Positions 35,841 to 40,725 of a stretch of DNA of 40,725 nt are shown here, piece after piece. Origin of the DNA: an uncultured Bacilli bacterium (lineage in GTDB: Bacteria > Bacillota_I > Bacilli_A > RFN20 > CAG-826). Where the stretch lies: contig CALVOS010000030.1 in NCBI GenBank assembly GCA_944350325.1, positions 1-40,725 on the forward strand, in the 5' to 3' direction. Within the stretch, counting starts at the first letter, position 1; each line of letters opens with the position of its first letter. The notes beneath the pieces were generated by a model. It worked only from the letters and a program-made list of their open reading frames with translations, was not told where the DNA came from and made no database searches. A program made the translations under genes and the position numbers.

Positions 35841-36721
35841 CCCTTCCTCCTGCCGACTTCCACAGGGGTAAGGAGGCTAGGGTCGACGATGACCTGGCCC
35901 TCGGACTCATGGACGGCATCCCCCCGGATCAGCTCGCCAAGCGAGCCGACCCGGATCACGCCGCTCCCGGGATTCTTCGCCGAAGGAAGATGCCCGCGGA
36001 TAGTCGCGCTCGTCTCGCTATATTCGAAGGACAGGTCGCAGTCCTCCATCGTGCAGTCGATCAGGGTCAGCTTCTTGCAGTAGCAAAGGGGCTGGGTCCC
36101 GCGGATGCGGCAACGGACGAGCGTCAGCCCTTCGCTGAACCATCCCAGGTACTCCCCGAAGACGTCGGAATCCTCGACGAGGACGTTCCTGCTGTGCCAA
36201 AAAGCGTCCTTCGTGTGGAGCGAGGAGCGGGATATCCGGAGGTTTTCCATGTACTGGAAGCTGTACTTCCCCTCGAAATCGACGTCCTCAAGCACCACGT
36301 CCTTAGAATCCAGGAAGGCGTACTCCGAGCGAAGAAAGGACCTTCTCAGGGAAATATCCCTGCATTTCCAGCCGAATTCCTCGCTTTCGATATGGGAATC
36401 CTCGACGGAAGCCCCTACGCATTCCCGAAGCGCCTTGATGCAGCCAAGGCGGGATCCCGCTACCCTCAGGCCACGACAGTACCAAAGGGGCGCCCTCGCG
36501 TTATTGAGGAACTCGCATCCCCTGACTCTCACCTCTTCCCCATGCCACAAGGGATAGCGAAGGTTGAACAGGGAGCCGGATACCGTCACGTCCCTGCACT
36601 CCTTGAGGACGCTTTCGCCGTCCTCCTCGCCCTCGAAGCGGCAGGAGTCGACCTCCGCGTCCCTCAGGGCGTATAGGGAACGCTCGGCGCTGAACGAGCG
36701 CCCTTCAATCATCTCTCTCAT
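35837..36721 (-). CDS. DUF3737 family beta-helix protein
   Basis: ERSLY, GESVLKE, RYPLWH, GKYSFQY, TKDAFWH, GEYLGW, GTQPLCY, DLSFEYS; SD GGAGG before ATG 36721. Confidence 0.85.
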   Translation of the reverse strand: MREMIEGRSFSAERSLYALRDAEVDSCRFEGEEDGESVLKECRDVTVSGSLFNLRYPLWHGEEVRVRGCEFLNNARAPLWYCRGLRVAGSRLGCIKALRECVGASVEDSHIESEEFGWKCRDISLRRSFLRSEYAFLDSKDVVLEDVDFEGKYSFQYMENLRISRSSLHTKDAFWHSRNVLVEDSDVFGEYLGWFSEGLTLVRCRIRGTQPLCYCKKLTLIDCTMEDCDLSFEYSETSATIRGHLPSAKNPGSGVIRVGSLGELIRGDAVHESEGQVIVDPSLLTPVEVGRRKG

Positions 36722-36756
36722 AAGGCCATTCTCCTCCCCTTGGCAAGACCCCATTA

Positions 36757-36782
36757 AGGAAAGGCGGCCCGACTGGGCCGCC
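36757..36782 (-). terminator. Terminator downstream of tRNA-Ser
   Basis: Minus strand GGCGGCCC-AGTC-GGGCCGCC-TTTCCT. Confidence 0.65.
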
Positions 36783-36792
36783 CATGCTTCTC

Positions 36793-36884
36793 TGGCGGAG
36801 GCATCGAGATTCGAACTCGAGCACCGGGAAACCCGATCTAACAGGTTAGCAACCTGCCCCCTTCGGCCTCTTGGGTATGCCTCC
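36793..36884 (-). tRNA. tRNA-Ser(GCT)
   Basis: Acceptor GGAGGCA/TGCCTCC, anticodon arm GCAGG-TTGCTAA-CCTGT, long variable arm, TTCGAAT, G discriminator, CCA; extended -10 TGCTACACT at 36904-36896. Confidence 0.96.
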
Positions 36885-37016
36885 GTGCGGGGGGAAGTGT
36901 AGCACATAGGATAGAGGTCGGCTAGTGAGGAATCCGCGGCCTAAGGAAGGCCCTCATAAGGAAGTGCAGTCCTTCATTCCTGGGGCACTCAGGGACGGGC
37001 GCCTCCTCTAGAGGCA

Positions 37017-37050
37017 AGAGAAAGGGCGGCCCCCCCCTCTGGGACCGCCC
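37017..37050 (-). terminator. Terminator after jetC
   Basis: Minus strand GGGCGGTCCC/GGGGCCGCCC stem followed by TTTCTCTT, 18 nt after the jetC stop. Confidence 0.7.
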
Positions 37051-37068
37051 GTTGAGACGGAAGCAAGG

Positions 37069-40000
37069 CTACTGCGCCTGGCCCTCCTCCCCTTCCTCCC
37101 CCTTCCGGAGGCGCTCGCCCTGGTAGCAGGTGAGACGCTCGTTCCGGCTGACGAGGACGAGGGTGCTGTCGATGTGGTCGGCGAGGTAGCTGAAGCGCGA
37201 GGTCGGGACCGAGACGAGGAGCTGGATGTCCAAGGAGCGATAGAACTCCATCATGTCCTCGATGCGGTCCGAGTCCATGTTGTTGAACGCCTCGTCGAGC
37301 ATCACGATCTCGCAAGGAGAGGAGCCGCCCCGCTTCTTCAGCTCGAAGGCGCTGTCGAAGCTTGCCGCGATGAGGACGTAGAAGGGGGTCTGGGTCTCGC
37401 CGCCGGAGCGGGCGCGGACGTTGTCGCTATAGCGCTTCTCCTGGCCGTCCGGGGTCGTCTCGACGATGTCATAGCTCAAATAGTTCCGGTAGTCGCAGAA
37501 GCGCTCGATCGTCTCGGCGCTCGACTCGGCCGGGTTCTCGCTGGCAAGGATGCGGAAGAGGTAGTCCATCGTCGAGCGGTTCTCCCCCGAGAGGAGGGAG
37601 CTGAGGAGGTCGCCCTGGTAGTAGTCCTCGCTCGTGTTCACGGCGATGTCGTAGATCTTCCTGAGCTCGGGGTCTCCCGTCGGCTTCACGAGGAAGCGGT
37701 AGATGGAGCGCGCCGACCCGAAGGGGTGCTTCCGAAGGGTGCGGTTCAGCTTCTCGATCTGGAGGGAGGCCTGCTCGATGTTGCTCCGGAGCCCAACGAG
37801 GAAGCTGGTCTTGAAGTTCTCGGCGGCGGTGATCGAGGCCTGCTCGGCCCTGCTCCTCGCGGTGACCAAGGAGTCCTTCACGATCTTCTGGTAGCGCTCG
37901 ATATAAAGCGGGAGGTTCTCGAGGACGGGCTCGACGTCGTTCTGCTGGAACTTGTCGTTATACCCGCCCATGATGCGCACGATCTTCCTCTCGCTATCCA
38001 GGAGCGCCCGGTGGTTCTCCTCGCGCGAGGACTGGATCCGCGGGTACGGGTTCTTCCCGAACTCCTGGAGCTTATGCTCGGCAAGCTCGAGGAGGAGGGG
38101 GTCATTATGGTCCATGAGGAAGAGGTCGTAGTTCTTCTTCCCTTCCTGGTAGTCCGAGGTCGCCTGCTCGAGGGCGAGGTTATGGCGCCCGCGCTCCTCG
38201 GCGATCAAATCCCTCTCCTCGAAGAGCGACTCGAGCTCGGCCTTGAGGCCCCTCTCCCTTTCCTCCAGGGCCTCGAGGGCGCTGTTGAAGATGGTGAGGT
38301 CCTCCGCCGCCATCGATTCCTCGAGGGCGCGGACGCGGTCCTCGAGCTCCGCCTTCTTGCGGAGGGCGTCCTCCTCCTCCGCCCAGTGGCGGGGAAGGCT
38401 CCGGAGCGACATCGGGTCGAGGGCCATGGAGCGGGAGAGCTTCTCCTCAAGCGGCTCCTTCTCCTCGTCAAGCTCGCGGATCCGCTCGCTCAGGTCGCGG
38501 TAGCGCTCCTTCATGTCCTTCAGCTGGCGCGCGATCGCCTCCTTCCCGAGGTAGGGGGTGAAGCCCTTCTCGCGCGTGAGGTAGCGGACCGAGGCTCCGT
38601 CGTAGTAGAGCCCGTCCTTCGTGATCCACTTGAACTCGCCCCGCCCGGCAGGCTCCTCCACGGCCTTGATGTCGCCAAGGAGGAAGTCCACGTAGTCGCG
38701 GACCAGGGGGAGCTCGTCCCCGCCGGAGGCGTCCACCGCGCAGCGGATCTTGTCCGCGAGGGACCCCTCGACCTTGAAGGGGGTGCTCTCCAGGGTCGCC
38801 GTATCGACGATGCCGGAGGCCCCTTCCATGCGGAGCTCAGGGTTCTGGGAGAGGACCTTCTGCGCCTCCCCGTAGAACTTCTGGGGAAGGAAGCAGTCGA
38901 ACCGGCGGTTCCCGAGGAGCGTCTCGATGGCCTCGCCCCAGCCCTCGTCCACCAGCTCGAGGCAGTCGCAGAGCGGGTTGAGGGCGAACTCCGCGTCGAG
39001 CTGGAAGCGGTCCTTCAAAAGCCCGTAGAGCTTGCTGACGCCCTCGGGGAAGTCCTTCTCGTGGCTCTCCAGGATCTGGATGCGGGGAGCGAGGAGGCGG
39101 AGCTCCTCGAGGAGCCCGGAGCGCGTCTGGGAGATGCGGTCGATCTCGCCCCGGAGGCTGCTCCGGACGAGGGCGAGGTTCCCCTCGTAGGACTCCACGG
39201 CCTTGCGGAAGGAGTCGCCCTCCCTCTTCTTCCCGAGGGTGAGGAGGCTGCTCCGGAAGCCGAGCTTCCCGGCGCTATCGTCCATCTCCGAGAGCGAGCC
39301 CTCGAATATGACGTCATCCGCGGAAAGCGCCGCAATCTTCGTGTCAAGAAGCGCAATATCGCCCTTTAGACGCGCGATCTGCGCCTCTTCGTCCCGATGC
39401 TCGAGGGCGCTCCGCTCCTGGCGGACCTCCTGGAGGGCCTGGTTGATCTCGAGCCTGCGCTGGTCGGCCTTCCGCTCGCGCTCGCGGAGGGCCTGGAGGT
39501 CTTCCTCGGCGCGGCGGCGCCTCTTCTCCCCCTCCTCGACGCCGAGGCGGAGGGAGAGGAGCTCGAGGGCGGCCTCGTCCTTCAGATAGCCGTCCCGCTC
39601 CTCGCTGAGGGCAAGGAGGGGGAGGAGGGCCTTCGCCTTCTCCTCCTCGTGATGGAGGAGGGTGGCGATGTCCTGGTAGGCCTTGGCGGCCTCCTTCACC
39701 TCGTCGAGGGAGACGTTCCTCTTCTGGAGGAGGAAGTTGTTCGTGAACTCGAGGAGATCGGCGTTCGGGTCGAAGGCGATCGCGCTCGAGAGCAGCGTCT
39801 CGTACTCGTCCGGGAGCTCGAGCGAGCGCCGGACCTGGGCGTAGGAGGCGCCGAGCGAGCTCGCCTCGAGAGGAATGAAGGGGAAGGCGAGGGCGGTGGC
39901 CGTCTTCCTGAGACCTTCGAAGGCGCGGACGGACTTCGTCCCGTCCTCCTGGATCTCGAAGAAGAGGGAGTCCTGGAAGGGCGCGCGCAGCTCATAGAAC

Positions 40001-40374
40001 TTCGCCGGAAGGAGGACCCCGCCGGTGATCTGGAGGACGCAGCCGAGGGTCATCCTCTCCGACCCCTCCTCGAACTCGAGGGCGATGTGGGTGATGATGT
40101 CGCCCTCCGGACGGAGGAACTCGCGCCCGACGGCGCCGATCCTGGCCCTCATGTAGGTCTCGACGGTCCTCCTCGTCCCGGAGAGGCCGTTCCGGGAGGC
40201 CATGTTGAACTTCCTCTGGGCGAGGCCGCCGGAAAGTACATAGTGGATCGCGTCCACGAGGGTCGACTTCCCGGAGCCGTTGTCTCCCGAGATCAGGAGG
40301 TTCCCCTTGATCTCGATGGTCTCGTTCTGGAACAGGTGCCAGTTAATCAGCTTCACGCGCGATAGCTTCTTCAT
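37069..40374 (-). CDS. jetC: SMC/MukB-like ATPase, Wadjet JetC/MksB type
   Basis: LINWHLF, Walker A GDNGSGKST, two long coiled coils around a hinge-like region, DYRNY, signature RSGGETQ, Walker B VMLDEAFNNMD. Confidence 0.85.
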   Translation of the reverse strand: MKKLSRVKLINWHLFQNETIEIKGNLLISGDNGSGKSTLVDAIHYVLSGGLAQRKFNMASRNGLSGTRRTVETYMRARIGAVGREFLRPEGDIITHIALEFEEGSERMTLGCVLQITGGVLLPAKFYELRAPFQDSLFFEIQEDGTKSVRAFEGLRKTATALAFPFIPLEASSLGASYAQVRRSLELPDEYETLLSSAIAFDPNADLLEFTNNFLLQKRNVSLDEVKEAAKAYQDIATLLHHEEEKAKALLPLLALSEERDGYLKDEAALELLSLRLGVEEGEKRRRRAEEDLQALRERERKADQRRLEINQALQEVRQERSALEHRDEEAQIARLKGDIALLDTKIAALSADDVIFEGSLSEMDDSAGKLGFRSSLLTLGKKREGDSFRKAVESYEGNLALVRSSLRGEIDRISQTRSGLLEELRLLAPRIQILESHEKDFPEGVSKLYGLLKDRFQLDAEFALNPLCDCLELVDEGWGEAIETLLGNRRFDCFLPQKFYGEAQKVLSQNPELRMEGASGIVDTATLESTPFKVEGSLADKIRCAVDASGGDELPLVRDYVDFLLGDIKAVEEPAGRGEFKWITKDGLYYDGASVRYLTREKGFTPYLGKEAIARQLKDMKERYRDLSERIRELDEEKEPLEEKLSRSMALDPMSLRSLPRHWAEEEDALRKKAELEDRVRALEESMAAEDLTIFNSALEALEERERGLKAELESLFEERDLIAEERGRHNLALEQATSDYQEGKKNYDLFLMDHNDPLLLELAEHKLQEFGKNPYPRIQSSREENHRALLDSERKIVRIMGGYNDKFQQNDVEPVLENLPLYIERYQKIVKDSLVTARSRAEQASITAAENFKTSFLVGLRSNIEQASLQIEKLNRTLRKHPFGSARSIYRFLVKPTGDPELRKIYDIAVNTSEDYYQGDLLSSLLSGENRSTMDYLFRILASENPAESSAETIERFCDYRNYLSYDIVETTPDGQEKRYSDNVRARSGGETQTPFYVLIAASFDSAFELKKRGGSSPCEIVMLDEAFNNMDSDRIEDMMEFYRSLDIQLLVSVPTSRFSYLADHIDSTLVLVSRNERLTCYQGERLRKGEEGEEGQAQ

Positions 40375-40725
40375 CTTCGCTACCTCCGATGTACTTCTTG
40401 AGGCGCTCCTCGAGCTCCAGGAGCGAGCTGGAGTCGACGAGCACGAGGATCGTGTTGAAGATCACGACCTGGGTCTCGCCCTTGCTCACGTCGTCCTGGA
40501 AGTCGATGACCTTGTAGCGCCGGAGCGTCCCCATGGCGAGGCGGAACTCCGTCATCGACACCCCGTCGGGATAGATCTCGGTCTCCTGGAGGCGGCGAAG
40601 CACCTCGTCCACGGTCACGACGACCGCGTTATAGCTCGCGATCGTCCTCTCGCCCTTATAGGCAAGCGAGCGGAAGAGGAGGAGGAGCACCGTCTCGAGC
40701 TTCCTGAGGCGGAGGCGGTTCCTCT
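40343..40725 (-). CDS. jetB: DUF4194-like protein (JetB/MksE), 5'-truncated by the window edge
   Basis: RNRLRLRKLETVLLLLFRSL...VTVDEVL...LRRYKVI...IFNTIL; overlaps the jetC start by 32 nt; frame open to the window end. Confidence 0.75.
   Translation of the reverse strand, partial: RNRLRLRKLETVLLLLFRSLAYKGERTIASYNAVVVTVDEVLRRLQETEIYPDGVSMTEFRLAMGTLRRYKVIDFQDDVSKGETQVVIFNTILVLVDSSSLLELEERLKKYIGGSEDEEAIAREAD

Noticed and set aside
36905-37016. Short hairpins (GGCCT/AGGCC, AGTGC/GCACT, GCCTC/GAGGC) between jetC and tRNA-Ser
   Set aside because: Five-bp stems are expected by chance at this GC content, and no known RNA motif is recognisable.
36793-40725. jetBC as an island integrated at tRNA-Ser
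   Set aside because: The locus is on the 5' side of the tRNA, and I saw no duplicated tRNA 3' end or integrase in the window.
1-40725. Frequent CTCGAG/GAGCTC/CCTCCTC words suggesting repeats or a CRISPR array
   Set aside because: Explained by preferred Leu (CTC) and Glu (GAG) codons; no regularly spaced direct repeats were seen.

Overview
GC-rich bacterial chromosomal window using the standard genetic code (TGA acts as stop). Gene content (AddAB, F-type ATP synthase, family I pyrophosphatase, very large acidic membrane-anchored protein) suggests an uncultured Bacillota/Bacilli lineage; this taxonomy is inference only. From left to right: the 5' half of an atp operon (atpI-B-E-F-H, minus strand); a divergent ThrRS-like/uridine kinase fusion; a DUF5677-like gene; addA/addB; pepP, yigZ and a 1289-aa membrane protein; a CPBP-TraX-trxA operon; ppa; an aldo/keto reductase; tRNA-Asp and tRNA-Gly; flavodoxin; rdgB; a lipoprotein; a heterodimeric ABC exporter led by a Cys-rich/SEL1-like gene; a PAP2-DUF1624-acyl-CoA ligase operon; NUDIX; TetR with a methyltransferase-like gene; DUF3737; tRNA-Ser; and the distal end of a Wadjet/Mks-type jetB-jetC locus. 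The most notable signals are: (1) nine transcription-unit-first genes with a -10-like hexamer 6-7 nt before the ATG and no Shine-Dalgarno, implying leaderless mRNAs; (2) jetBC ending in a terminator with no jetD downstream; (3) an atypical Cys-rich Na+-type c subunit; (4) two divergent modules with membrane acyltransferases; (5) a T-stem mismatch in tRNA-Gly. No CRISPR array, transposase, integrase or rRNA was recognised. Family assignments come from motif recognition, not database searches.
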